Part shown: positions 1 to 10,123 of the stretch, one piece after another
Layout: each line of letters begins with the position of its first letter
Position numbering within the stretch: position 1 is the first letter of the stretch
Assembly: GCA_965263355.1 (NCBI GenBank)
Contig: CBDHHL010000056.1
Coordinates: 1,984,001 to 2,048,000, forward strand
Direction: 5' to 3'
Length of the DNA stretch: 64,000 nt
From: Leptolyngbyaceae cyanobacterium
GTDB lineage: Bacteria > Cyanobacteriota > Cyanobacteriia > Phormidesmidales > Phormidesmidaceae
Translations under genes and position numbers: made by a program
The notes under the pieces: generated by a model
Database searches by the model: none
What the model was told of the DNA's origin: nothing
Seen by the model: only the letters and a program-made list of their open reading frames with translations

Positions 1-806
1 ATGGGCCGCAGAGCAAACATAATATGAAAGTGAAAAAAGTCTGGCCCTACGGTGACGGTGCCCGTACTGCCATACCAGTAGCACATTTTATAGGTCACCT
101 CATTTTTATAGAGCGGACGAATCAATTTGACAAACCGGGAAGCCTCACCGCCACGGGTTGTATTATCTAGACAAAGAGCATTGTCATTCAAAATCCTGGC
201 CTTAAACCGGACCTCCAGGGGGAGATTATGGACTGAATTAAAATGATGAGCATCAATGGCATTGACCATCAACACATTGGGATGACAATTACGCTCAAAG
301 CGATAACTTAACACCGCATCACAGTCGACCCCAGCTAGCTCCGGTACATAGGGTGATGGCTGCCCCGGTTGCTCACCAGTCCAAACCCAAATCATGCCAT
401 ATTGTTCAGCTGTCGGCCATGCATATAGTTTGGCGTTAGCCATCACATCACGGTGGTCACCACAGACAGGGATCTCAAGGCACTGCCCCGTAGTATCAAA
501 CTGCCAATGATGTAGAGGACAACGAATTGTCTCACCATCTACCTTGCCCTGGGCTAATGCTGCTCCCATATGAGGACAGTAGCCATCTAAGGCAATCACT
601 TGCCGACGACGCGTCCGATAGAGAACCAGGTCTCTTCCCATCAAGGTTAACGATTTTACCTGTCCAACTTTCAACTCGCGACAGGGCATCGCCCAATACC
701 AGCCTTCAATAAAGCGATCAGGCCGATTAAAAACAGGATTTTTCTCACCATTTGACACCAACCGACTGATGAGATTTTGAGACACGGTTACAGAGTGACT
801 ATTCAT
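1..806 (-). CDS. Rieske [2Fe-2S] aromatic ring-hydroxylating oxygenase alpha subunit (3' end runs off the window)
   Basis: Not in the ORF track. Manual minus-strand translation from ATG at 806 gives MNSHSVTV...FIEGWYWAMP...DGYCPHMGAALAQG...IRCPLHHWQFD, a Rieske C-x-H...C-x2-H motif. GGAG RBS overlaps the upstream stop codon. Confidence 0.88.
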   Translation of the reverse strand, partial: MNSHSVTVSQNLISRLVSNGEKNPVFNRPDRFIEGWYWAMPCRELKVGQVKSLTLMGRDLVLYRTRRRQVIALDGYCPHMGAALAQGKVDGETIRCPLHHWQFDTTGQCLEIPVCGDHRDVMANAKLYAWPTAEQYGMIWVWTGEQPGQPSPYVPELAGVDCDAVLSYRFERNCHPNVLMVNAIDAHHFNSVHNLPLEVRFKARILNDNALCLDNTTRGGEASRFVKLIRPLYKNEVTYKMCYWYGSTGTVTVGPDFFHFHIMFALRP

Positions 807-810
807 ACTC

Positions 811-1560
811 CTAGGCCACTAAGGTTTGATTGCGACCAAACCACATCCGTCGCCCAGCGGCTGTCAGGTTCTCGGCACAGATTTCTGTCAGGCATACCAA
901 TTCATCTCCCTGGCTATGGTCCGGATTGGCTCGCTCAAAGAATTGAATATGGGGGTCAGACTTTCGCTCTGGTGGCACTGTTCCCAAAATAGGCGATAAC
1001 TTTTGGGGCTGCGCAAAACGTACAATTCCGATGGTTGGATTATAGTTATCGCCAAATTGTTGTCGAGCTAAGGTATCCATCAGTTGTTGCATGGGCTCTG
1101 GTGTCGGCTGATCGTAGCAAGGGTAAAATGTTTGCCAAAATGTTGGCAGCAGTCGATAGGTGCGAAACCCCGAAGATATAAGTAACCAAAAGAGACGTTT
1201 CTCGGGGTGGCGCAGCTGATTGATCGCCTGAATCCAGGCCCGTGGTAACGTAGCACTACTCCAGGCGGAGGGATCCACAATGGTATCGCCAGAGTACACA
1301 ACACTAATGGGTTCTCCCTTGACCGTGACATCGTAAAGTCGCAGTGTGGAAAATCCTTTTAATTGGTTGAGTTTATTTTTGATCAATAAAACCCAGTTTT
1401 TACCCGCTAAATCGGCGGCAAACGTGGTTAAATTTACACCGCTAAAATGATGCTGCAGTAGACGATACATGGCAACACGATCGTCATTTTCTAATTGAGT
1501 AATGGACACCAGTTGGGAATACATCATGGCTGACAAATAAATTGATTGTGTTTCCCTCAA
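811..1560 (-). CDS. Hypothetical protein, possible GNAT-like acyltransferase fold (start may be ATG 1527/1524)
   Basis: 249-aa ORF with LKGFSTL...VVYSGDTIVDPSAW and WLLISSGFRTYRLLP segments. Its stop lies 4 bp before the Rieske gene start. Confidence 0.6.
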   Translation of the reverse strand: MRETQSIYLSAMMYSQLVSITQLENDDRVAMYRLLQHHFSGVNLTTFAADLAGKNWVLLIKNKLNQLKGFSTLRLYDVTVKGEPISVVYSGDTIVDPSAWSSATLPRAWIQAINQLRHPEKRLFWLLISSGFRTYRLLPTFWQTFYPCYDQPTPEPMQQLMDTLARQQFGDNYNPTIGIVRFAQPQKLSPILGTVPPERKSDPHIQFFERANPDHSQGDELVCLTEICAENLTAAGRRMWFGRNQTLVA

Positions 1561-1843
1561 TCAAGCCCCTTGTACATAAAGTAGGACTTTGCACTCCTAA
1601 TTGCATTTAGCCCTATTTCGCTGGGAATACGCCATGAGGCCCATGAACTTATACCGCAGAACTGGTCCTAGCAAGAAAGTCGGCGAAGTGATCCGAAGCT
1701 GCCAATTGAGATCGGACCGTGGATATTCGGATTAAAATGGCCTGAACTTTATAAAGGTTGTGTAAAAAAACCTTGAATACCGTAACTTCGTTTGAACGAA
1801 TCGCTAAGTTGAGACTAGTTGATCTACATTTCTAACTGATTGC

Positions 1844-2281
1844 ATGTACTCACTACAGTCTGTTAAGGCTCGCGAAAAATCTAACAAAAAGATGGCAAAT
1901 GTCGTTGTAGTGGGGGCTGTAGGCGCGGTCATGGCCGTGGGTACATGGGTGGTCCTGTTTACGACCGGTGCAATTACCTTAGGCGGCGTTCCCTACTCAG
2001 TATTGATGACGGTATGGCAAAACCCAGCGGCGCGCTCAGCCCTTTTGGGGGGCGAGGCCACTAAATTGCACGACCTGATGGGCGAATTGGGCATTGAATA
2101 TGCCATCAAGGAATATTATCGCGATCGCATCAAGGATCCGGTCAAACTAGACCAGCACATCCACCAAATTTTGTTTGATCGAACGGGTTATGTAGGTGAA
2201 GCGTATACGGTCAAAGGCCGCACCCTAGTGCTGAAAGATCCGTCTAAAATTGAGAAACTTCAAAATTGTCCAAATTGTTAA
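1844..2281 (+). CDS. Hypothetical protein with N-terminal membrane anchor
   Basis: 145-aa ORF with a hydrophobic stretch (VVVVGAVGAVMAVGTWVVLF); the only long ORF in the interval. Confidence 0.65.
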   Translation: MYSLQSVKAREKSNKKMANVVVVGAVGAVMAVGTWVVLFTTGAITLGGVPYSVLMTVWQNPAARSALLGGEATKLHDLMGELGIEYAIKEYYRDRIKDPVKLDQHIHQILFDRTGYVGEAYTVKGRTLVLKDPSKIEKLQNCPNC

Positions 2282-3879
2282 AAAGGCATTTTTGATTTGA
2301 TTTGATTGATCAATAGTTTTGCCTCAGGAATACCTAACAGCAAAGCTGCTCCTGAAAATACCCCTAGACTGATTGCCCCCGCACCACACAGGACAATCAG
2401 GTTAATTAAAAAGCCTTCGGTGCCCAGCCAGGTCTCTAGACCTAAACGACTACCCCAGGCAGCTAGCCCCGATAGACCACTGCTAATCAGTAGCAAGACT
2501 AGCGGTCTAGCCCAGTCTAGCCAGGGTAAACCATTTATTTTGCGAGATAGCAAAATCAGCAGAGCCACCATAGATACCAGATTGACACCTACGGTAGCAA
2601 GCACTAAACCTGGGGCACCATAACGGCTGATTAAAATAAAGTCCAACAGAGCATTAAGGCCAATGTTAAATAAGCTAATGCGGAACGGGGTATCGCCATC
2701 GCCAAGGGCATAAAACACACGCACCAACACATCCCGACCCAAGTAGACAAACATGCCGACGCCGTAGGCAATTAACACTGAGGTCACTAACTGGGAGGCA
2801 CTTTTATCAAAGGCTCCCCGTTCGTACACCACTCGCACCATAGGCAAGGCCAGGGTAATAAATAGGGCACTCAGCGGCAACATGGTTAGCGCAGTCAGCA
2901 ATAGTCCTTGTCGAATTCGCTGCTTAAGTTCATCCCAATGGATCGGGTCCGCTAGACGGGCAAAAATAGGTAAAAAGGGCACCAAGATTACGTTGGAAAT
3001 AATGCCCAGGGGCGTCTGTACTAATAAGTTTGCATAGTCCAGAGCCGCAATTGTCCCCGGTAGAGCGGCGGCAAAAAACAGATCCACCTGCACATTGATC
3101 TGCATCATGCCCGATGAAAAGGTGGCTGGCCCCAACACGTTGAGGACGTCTTTAACCGCCGGGTCCTTAGTATTAAACCGCAGCCGCAGCCGTCCTAATC
3201 CCTGCTGCCAAAGCACAGGCACCTGAACCAGCCACTGTAGAACCGCCCCCACCAGGGTGCCAATGGCTAAAGCCGCACCACCGACAAGGGCATAACGCGG
3301 TTCTGCAATTTTGTTGCCTAAGGTAAAAAACACCACCCCTAAGGACACAATTACCGCACTGCTGGAAAACAATGGACTAATGGAGGGTAACCAGTAATGG
3401 TCAGCCGCATTCAGAGTGCCAAACCCAATGCCAATGAGACCGGCAAACATGGCCATAGGGGCCATAATCCGCAGCTGCAAAATAGCAATGTCGCGGGTAA
3501 TGGCTCCAGCTTCAGTATTTTCGCTCAAACGATTTCCTAAGACACCAATAATGGATGGTGCAAAAATCACAATGGCCAGGGTGACAAATAATAGGCCAAT
3601 GCCCACTAGCGTAGTAATAGTTTCTACCAGGGGGGCAATCTCATCTTTTTTACGGTTGGCCACACCGCGCACAATGGCACTGTGAAACGGGCCATTGATG
3701 CCCCCTAATAGAACCAGCAAAAATCCTGGGATAGCGTAGGCCAAACCATAGGCATCCGCCACTGGGCCAACGGCAAATGTGGCAGCAATCGCCTGGGTCC
3801 TTACTAAGCCAAAGACTTTACTAATTAGGGTTGCGATCGCAACAATACCGGCAATGCCAGCTAAAGAACGTTTGGTCAC
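2278..3879 (-). CDS. murJ: Lipid II flippase MurJ (MviN)
   Basis: 533-aa polytopic membrane protein; ATLISKVFGLVR, LLGGINGPFHSA and RVFYALGD motifs. Confidence 0.95.
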   Translation of the reverse strand: MTKRSLAGIAGIVAIATLISKVFGLVRTQAIAATFAVGPVADAYGLAYAIPGFLLVLLGGINGPFHSAIVRGVANRKKDEIAPLVETITTLVGIGLLFVTLAIVIFAPSIIGVLGNRLSENTEAGAITRDIAILQLRIMAPMAMFAGLIGIGFGTLNAADHYWLPSISPLFSSSAVIVSLGVVFFTLGNKIAEPRYALVGGAALAIGTLVGAVLQWLVQVPVLWQQGLGRLRLRFNTKDPAVKDVLNVLGPATFSSGMMQINVQVDLFFAAALPGTIAALDYANLLVQTPLGIISNVILVPFLPIFARLADPIHWDELKQRIRQGLLLTALTMLPLSALFITLALPMVRVVYERGAFDKSASQLVTSVLIAYGVGMFVYLGRDVLVRVFYALGDGDTPFRISLFNIGLNALLDFILISRYGAPGLVLATVGVNLVSMVALLILLSRKINGLPWLDWARPLVLLLISSGLSGLAAWGSRLGLETWLGTEGFLINLIVLCGAGAISLGVFSGAALLLGIPEAKLLINQIKSKMPF

Positions 3880-4195
3880 TACATCCTCAACACTGAATAT
3901 TCAACTATGGCGTGTTGTGGAGCCAATCACAAACCTTTAGATCACAAACAACAAACCGGGAGACACAACCACCCTGCCCCTCTGCCAGTTTCCATTCCGC
4001 GATTTCACAGGAATTAGAGGCTATCAAGTTTCGAACATCCGTTCAATACGTATTTTTACGGTTAAAATTTTCTATCAATAGAAAAAAAGGCTGGATTTCC
4101 ACAGTTTTGATATCTAAAAACCTAATCTGGTCAGCGTTTGACCAAACTTCCCAACCTACACTGAACTAACACCTGTTTCTCAAACTTTATTCCCT

Positions 4196-4912
4196 ATGCC
4201 TCCGACCACAGTCTATGAGTTCCCCCCATTGCTAGAAGGCATCCTGATCAAGCGCTACAAGCGCTTTATGGCCGATATTGAACTGACATCTGGGGAAATG
4301 ATCACAGCCCATTGCCCCAATACTGGCCCCATGACTGGCGTCTGCCATGTCAACGGGCGCGTGATGGTATCCCACAGCGATAATCCCAAACGCAAACTTG
4401 CCTACACTTGGGAGCTGGCGGAGGTCAATGACAATGGTCCAACTTGGGTGGGGGTAAATACGGCCTTACCAAATCGGGTTATTCAAGCGGCCCTTGAGCA
4501 GCATCTATTTGAACAGTTAGGAGTCTACGACACGGTCAAACGGGAGGTGCCCTATGGCACTAAGAGCCGGATTGATTTTTTGTTGACCACCGATGAACAG
4601 CCAATATATGTGGAGGTAAAAAATTCTACTTGGGCTCAAGGGCGACTTTGTTTATTTCCAGATACGGTGACCACCCGAGGGCAAAAACATCTGCGGGAAC
4701 TGACTGCTCTCATACCAGATGCCCGTGCGGTTATGTTGTATTTCATCAATCGAGGCGATTGTGACCAATTTGCCCCTGGGGACAGTGCAGACCCTGACTA
4801 TGGTCAACTCCTCAGGGATGCGATCGCAGCAGGTGTTGAGATTCTGCCTTGTCGATTTAGCATTTCTCCCACTGACATTCAATACCTAGGTCTAGCCAAA
4901 TTAGTTCTATAA
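4196..4912 (+). CDS. sfsA: DNA/RNA nuclease SfsA
   Basis: LIKRYKRFMAD, AHCPNTGPM, SRIDFLL, YVEVKN and FPDTVTTRGQKHLREL motifs. Confidence 0.95.
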   Translation: MPPTTVYEFPPLLEGILIKRYKRFMADIELTSGEMITAHCPNTGPMTGVCHVNGRVMVSHSDNPKRKLAYTWELAEVNDNGPTWVGVNTALPNRVIQAALEQHLFEQLGVYDTVKREVPYGTKSRIDFLLTTDEQPIYVEVKNSTWAQGRLCLFPDTVTTRGQKHLRELTALIPDARAVMLYFINRGDCDQFAPGDSADPDYGQLLRDAIAAGVEILPCRFSISPTDIQYLGLAKLVL

Positions 4913-5001
4913 CTCAGACTGTATACCGCTGCAAATAGTACAGACAAACTAAAATAAAAATTTTGTAGTCTACCATTGCATTTTTTGACACATAGTTTTT
5001 T

Positions 5002-5015
5002 GTAGTTAGTGTTAC
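5002..5015. promoter_or_regulatory. Possible NtcA box (GTA-N8-TAC)
   Basis: ttttttGTAgttagtgtTACctttt; exact consensus with T-rich flanks, but a short motif that can occur by chance. Confidence 0.3.
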
Positions 5016-5040
5016 CTTTTGACCGTGCTGTTGATTCTTA

Positions 5041-5116
5041 TTTTCCCCCGAACTTTTCCCCATAAAATCCACAAACTTTCCACAGGGCACCAGGGGTTTT
5101 CCACAGGTTTTCCACA
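5041..5116 (+). promoter_or_regulatory. Cluster of cyanobacterial-type DnaA boxes (TTTTCCACA and variants); oriC-like or DnaA-binding locus
   Basis: TTTTCCCCC 5041, TTTTCCCCA 5054, AAATCCACA 5065, CTTTCCACA 5076, TTTTCCACA 5097, TTTTCCACA 5108. All in one orientation, mostly 11-bp spacing, with AT-rich flanks. Confidence 0.7.
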
Positions 5117-5471
5117 GGTTAGAACCAAGCATATACAGATAGCTCAATTCTGGGGATAGCGACATGTCCCTAAAGATTATGAGAAAGAAGCCAAAAAGAA
5201 TAAACTAATATTACAAAAAAGGTCTAAAACCCTATTGAATTGGTCATGGCCAGTTTGCTAATTGTGGGATTAAAAATCATATTGCCATTGACAATCCCCC
5301 TCACCATTAGCACAATCATTTGGCCACCCTTGATTATCTCAATTCCAACGACACTTAAAATTTGACGTTCAAGGTATCGATAGGATTGAAATTTCTAGTT
5401 GTGCCCCACTGCCGTTCCATTCCTTGAATTCTCAGAACCTACGTGCTGCAACTATTGAGGTTTTCCCATCC

Positions 5472-5672
5472 ATGAAAGTTACTGTTAGTATCCTGACGGA
5501 GATTCCTGAAGAACTTCATGAATCGCTTAAAAGGTATTTAGAAACTCATCCCGCATGGGATCAAGATCGAGTGCTTGCGGCAGCGCTGTCATTGTTCCTT
5601 TTACAAAACGGTGACAGCGATCGTCGAACCTCTAGAGTTTATCTAGACACCTTGTTCAACTACGCTGCTTAG
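5472..5672 (+). CDS. DUF2811 family protein
   Basis: MKVTVSILTEIPEELHESLKRYLETHPAWDQDRVLAAALSLFLLQNG matches the cyanobacterial DUF2811 pattern. ATG 5472 preferred over TTG 5424. Confidence 0.85.
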   Translation: MKVTVSILTEIPEELHESLKRYLETHPAWDQDRVLAAALSLFLLQNGDSDRRTSRVYLDTLFNYAA

Positions 5673-5746
5673 TTACTTGTTAGAGAAACGTGGCCTAGTT
5701 AGTTACGATTCATCTGACTTCTTAAATTAAAAAAAAGTAGTCAATA

Positions 5747-5804
5747 AATTTTCCCTCACTAGGCCAGTATCTTTTTTCGGAGACTGATTCAGTGAGGGAA
5801 AATT
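5747..5804. terminator. Inverted repeat / probable terminator after the DUF2811 gene
   Basis: 14-bp arms AATTTTCCCTCACT (5747-5760) and AGTGAGGGAAAATT (5791-5804). Confidence 0.5.
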
Positions 5805-5967
5805 AGTAGATAAGTTTCAACAACTAAAAATCAAAGGCATTAGACTATATGTTCAATATGGTCAAAGTCTTCTTTAATCCAATTCTGAGAGCTAAAAGCT
5901 CTTCAGTCCTTACGATCTAGGAGGCTTGGGTATATTAGTATCAATGCAATAGTTTGTAGCTCGATCC

Positions 5968-6696
5968 ATGGCTGAGCCCTCTGCCCAAACCAGTACGCGT
6001 TATCCCTCTAGTCAAGCTGCCCAAAAATTAAAAAACATTTTTCAGCAGATTACCGACCAGAGTTGCCCCCATCACTATAATTTCCACATGCATACCCATT
6101 GTTCCGATGGGAAGCTCAGCCCTAGTGAGCTAATGGAGCAAGCTATTGGATTGCAGCTAAAGGGATTTGCCATTACTGACCACCATACTATTCGCGGCTA
6201 TCAGCAAGCATGTCAGTGGATAGAAAACTGGCGTTGGAAACATCCATCCAGTTGGTCTCCCAGTCGGGTGGGGGTAAAATTACCGAGAATTTGGTGCGGT
6301 GTTGAAATTACGTCTAGTTTGCTAGATGTGGATGTTCATATCTTGGGTTATGCCTTTAACCCAGAGCATCAAAGCCTGAAACAGTACCTGCAAGGGGCTG
6401 CCCCTAGCGGAGAACAACGACATGCCAACCAAGTGATCCAGGCGATTCAATCAGCTGGAGGCATAGCTGTTTTAGCCCATCCGGTCAGGTACCGTCTTTC
6501 TCCTGAAGAACTTATCCCAGCGGCAGCAGCGTTGGGCATTGATGGTGTCGAAACTTACTATGCCTATGATCATCCTGCTGAATGGCGGCCAACACCCAAA
6601 AAGACAGAACGTGTACAAACCCTAGCAGCAACCTACGATTTGCTCAGCACATGTGGCACAGACAGTCATGGTATGACCCTAACACGACGGATTTAG
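5968..6696 (+). CDS. PHP-domain metal-dependent phosphoesterase
   Basis: HMHTHCSDG, AITDHH, GVEIT, VLAHP and GTDSH motifs. Confidence 0.9.
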   Translation: MAEPSAQTSTRYPSSQAAQKLKNIFQQITDQSCPHHYNFHMHTHCSDGKLSPSELMEQAIGLQLKGFAITDHHTIRGYQQACQWIENWRWKHPSSWSPSRVGVKLPRIWCGVEITSSLLDVDVHILGYAFNPEHQSLKQYLQGAAPSGEQRHANQVIQAIQSAGGIAVLAHPVRYRLSPEELIPAAAALGIDGVETYYAYDHPAEWRPTPKKTERVQTLAATYDLLSTCGTDSHGMTLTRRI

Positions 6697-6731
6697 GCAT
6701 AAACTGCATCATCCAAGTTAAAATTTGGGGC

Positions 6732-7925
6732 TTACTCTTCTGAAACAGGGGTTTCTGGATTATTGCGTACTGTTTCAAAAATCTCTTCAGCACTTCTACA
6801 GTTCTCGTCGTCGTAGTTTACGACCAACTCAAAGGGATAGCGAACGATATTCTCGGTTTCGGGAAATTCACTACTCATTAGGGTGTCTAAAGCAGCCTGA
6901 TTCAGGTAATCATATCCTGTGCTCCGGAGCACCGTCGGCTTACTAGGGGTCCCATCTGGAGCTACTAAAACACCGATTTCCCCATTGATTGGCGGAGTTT
7001 GAGCACAGAGGTTAAACTCTGCATCTATGGTCAGCTCCCCGATTTCCGCTGTTTCAATGGTGCCCTCACTGTCTTCATCCGGTTGAACTTGCCATGCTTG
7101 GTAGTTAGCCTCTACCTCTTCGACAGTGGTGTTTGTAGGGTCATACTTGAATTTGGCCGTTAGCCTCTCCAGACGAGAGGGCTCAGGTGTGAGCTCTGTG
7201 TTGGCAGCGATCTCAAGATTTTCACCATCTTGAGCATCGTCCGCTGGTAAATCGGACGCTTCAGGCAGTTCAGGTAGCCCCTCTGGAACGTCAGTCTGCT
7301 CAGCATCAGCCGCCGCCAGTTGTTGTTCGAGTTCAAGTTCCCTTGCTAGTGTATCTTCGCTTGTATCGTTAATAACACTGGGCGGGGGTTGAGGAATATC
7401 GGTAATCACCGCAGTGCGTCTATCGCTACTTTGCTCCGATCTAGAAGGGGTATTCCGAATGGAAAGACTCGGTGGTGTAGTGTATGGATTACGGAACGGA
7501 CGGTTACGACTTAATCGATTAGGTGGTTTAGACGATGGCGTAGTTAGACGACTGTTGGAACGATCAAAAATACTTGAGCGATTGAATATGCTTGCATTGG
7601 GCAGGTTATTGACCGAAGGTCTTGGCGTTCTAATATCAGGTATAGAGGGCAACTGTGGAGGACTGAAGTCAGGTAGCCGTGCTTGATCTGCTGCGGACAG
7701 GGTCACCAGTGGCACTGTGCGAGGTGCAGATAGGCCATCTTCCTCACTAAACGCAGCAAATGACACAGAAGAAAAGCGCGGAATAGCAGTAAACAACACC
7801 GCGTGAAAGCTCAATGATGCGATCGCAGCAACGCTGTAGGGACCAGTTAAAATAGCTGTGATTTTTCCAACAATGGTTGTCGCTATAGATGAACGCTGGG
7901 AAGATAACTCGGATGATTTAGGCAT
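6732..7925 (-). CDS. TonB-like energy transducer / TonB C-terminal domain protein
   Basis: N-terminal TM with S-x3-H (SLSFHAVL), Pro-rich linker, C-terminal VLVAPDG...VLRSTGYDYLNQAAL. Confidence 0.7.
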   Translation of the reverse strand: MPKSSELSSQRSSIATTIVGKITAILTGPYSVAAIASLSFHAVLFTAIPRFSSVSFAAFSEEDGLSAPRTVPLVTLSAADQARLPDFSPPQLPSIPDIRTPRPSVNNLPNASIFNRSSIFDRSNSRLTTPSSKPPNRLSRNRPFRNPYTTPPSLSIRNTPSRSEQSSDRRTAVITDIPQPPPSVINDTSEDTLARELELEQQLAAADAEQTDVPEGLPELPEASDLPADDAQDGENLEIAANTELTPEPSRLERLTAKFKYDPTNTTVEEVEANYQAWQVQPDEDSEGTIETAEIGELTIDAEFNLCAQTPPINGEIGVLVAPDGTPSKPTVLRSTGYDYLNQAALDTLMSSEFPETENIVRYPFELVVNYDDENCRSAEEIFETVRNNPETPVSEE

Positions 7926-8119
7926 GACACATTGAGGGCACTATTCCCCAGTGCAAAGGAGCACCGAGATAATCAGCAAAGAAACCTAAGGGAATCTTCA
8001 ATCTTTCAATCAGGATAGACAATTTAAGGACAAGTTGTATCACAGTTAGCCAGTTACAGAATTGACAAACCAGCGTTTCTCCATGGGAAAGGCTATGTCA
8101 ACGCACTATCGCGACACCC

Positions 8120-10123
8120 TTATGATATTTGCAATCCACCAGACGGTTTATCTTGAGGTCCATTATCTTGAGGTCCGTTAGTCTCCTCAGCGGGACTAGT
8201 CACATCCTTCGCATCTGGTGGGGTAGTGGGTGGAGAAACGATGTTTGGAGGGGGTTCTGCCGAAGGAGGCAAAGTATCTGTCACCAATCTCCCTGTGCGT
8301 TTGCCTCCCGATAACCGCTTGAGCAGTTGTGGCGTAGGATCGTGCATCAAGTAGGTGACCGTATCCCCTGGCTGCCAAGCCCCCTGGCCCAAGAGCACAT
8401 CGAGTTTGCCATTCCGCTGCAAGGTAATTGGCAGCATATCGCCACTGGCAATTAAATTATTGAGCTTTTCTTGTTGTTTTTCAAAATCTTCAGACTGGAG
8501 CTGTGTGGTTTTTAATTCAGCCGCATCATCTTTGAGATAAGTATTCCAGGTTCTAATGGCCAGGGGAGTGGGTGTGACCTTGCCGCCTTTACCATTAGGT
8601 TTAGCTTCTGTCTCCTTATCAGTGCGGGGTAGCACCGCCAACACTCGAGGCGGTTGAAACTCTTCAGCCGCCCGTTCAGCTACCACAGAGTTAACTTCGC
8701 CATTGGTAGTCAAAGCAATAAATGTCCCAATGGAGCTAAGGCCTGCCTCATCCAATAACTCTGCATCCAAAGCACTGCTCAAATACACTCGCAGACCATC
8801 CTGTCTGGCCAATTCGCAAGCTTCTTCATCAGTGTCAAACATAACCACCGACTCACCCTGTTGGTTAAATAATTGCCCCACCAATCGACCTACCGGATTA
8901 CAGCCGACAATAACTACACCCGTTGCATCTGCCTGGGTGATACTCAAGAACCTTGCTACGCCACGGGCCGTTAACCCCTGGATAAACACCGTCATAATGA
9001 TGGTCAAAAACACCAGTGCCTTAATAGAATCACCACCATTGATGCCTCGATCAGTCAGTAAAATAGCAAACAATGACGCCACCGAAGCCGACACAATACC
9101 GCGGGGAGCAATCCAACTCAGAAAAATTTTTTGCCGCCAGTTGAGATCGCTATTAAGGGTGCAAGCATAAATATTGAGAGGGCGCACCACTAGCATCAAG
9201 GTAAGGACTGTAAACACCGAGCCCACCCCCAAGGCAAAGACACTGTCAATGGACAGATCGGCTGCCAGCAAAATAAATAGAACAGAAACAGACAATACCG
9301 TGAGCTGCCCCTTAAACCGTCGTAGCAAGCGCTCATCTGGAACAGATAGAGCCCTCAAGACAAGTCCGGCAGTAACGGTAGCCATTAAGCCAGATTCACT
9401 GCGCACATCCTGAGCCAAACCAAATAGGCCCCAAACACTGGCTAGCACCACCAGATTACGCAATTCCTCTGATAGAAAATCTGCCCGTTTAAGAAACTGC
9501 CCCAAAAGGGCTCCACCAATACCGCCAATCGCTGCGCCAATGCTAAGTCGCTGGGCTAACCCACCGACAATAAACCCAACATCAGTATCGCCATTCAGCA
9601 AAATATCTAGCACGACTACGGCTAAAATTGCTCCAACGGGATCGATCAGTACCCCCTCTCCTTCCAGAATGGTGGCGACTTTTTTCTCCACTTGCACCTG
9701 ACGCAAGAGCGGCGTAATCACCGTTGGCCCAGTTACCACAACCAGGGAACCATACAGAAACGCTAACGGCCACGGAAACTCACCAAACCAATGGGCCGCC
9801 ATACCACCCCCCAGCAAGGTAATAAACGTACCGATGGTGATTAAGTTACGTAAACTTCCAGATACCTGACCGAGTTCTTTTAGCTCTAGGTTGAGGCCAC
9901 CTTCAAATAAAATCAGGGCGACACAGAGGGAAACGATCACTTCCAAACCAATTCCCAAGGATTTCGGATCAATGACTCCAAGGGTATCGGGACCTAAGAC
10001 CACCCCAAAACAGAGCAAAAAGATGATACTAGGCAACCGCAAATATTCAGCGATAACCTGGGCAGTGATACCTGCGAGGACCGCTAATACAATTTGCAGG
10101 GTGATATCAAACGGGGTTGCCAT
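8120..10123 (-). CDS. CPA1 Na+(K+)/H+ antiporter (NhaP-like) with TrkA-N/RCK domain
   Basis: ILFEGGL, TGPTV, EGEGVLIDP and PRGIVSAS motifs; C-terminal VVIVGCNPVGRLV Rossmann segment. Confidence 0.9.
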   Translation of the reverse strand: MATPFDITLQIVLAVLAGITAQVIAEYLRLPSIIFLLCFGVVLGPDTLGVIDPKSLGIGLEVIVSLCVALILFEGGLNLELKELGQVSGSLRNLITIGTFITLLGGGMAAHWFGEFPWPLAFLYGSLVVVTGPTVITPLLRQVQVEKKVATILEGEGVLIDPVGAILAVVVLDILLNGDTDVGFIVGGLAQRLSIGAAIGGIGGALLGQFLKRADFLSEELRNLVVLASVWGLFGLAQDVRSESGLMATVTAGLVLRALSVPDERLLRRFKGQLTVLSVSVLFILLAADLSIDSVFALGVGSVFTVLTLMLVVRPLNIYACTLNSDLNWRQKIFLSWIAPRGIVSASVASLFAILLTDRGINGGDSIKALVFLTIIMTVFIQGLTARGVARFLSITQADATGVVIVGCNPVGRLVGQLFNQQGESVVMFDTDEEACELARQDGLRVYLSSALDAELLDEAGLSSIGTFIALTTNGEVNSVVAERAAEEFQPPRVLAVLPRTDKETEAKPNGKGGKVTPTPLAIRTWNTYLKDDAAELKTTQLQSEDFEKQQEKLNNLIASGDMLPITLQRNGKLDVLLGQGAWQPGDTVTYLMHDPTPQLLKRLSGGKRTGRLVTDTLPPSAEPPPNIVSPPTTPPDAKDVTSPAEETNGPQDNGPQDKPSGGLQIS

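Noticed and set aside
4914..5165. 83-aa minus-strand ORF with LWKTCGK/CGK repeats
   Set aside because: The peptide pattern is the reverse translation of the DnaA-box array; no sign of a real protein.
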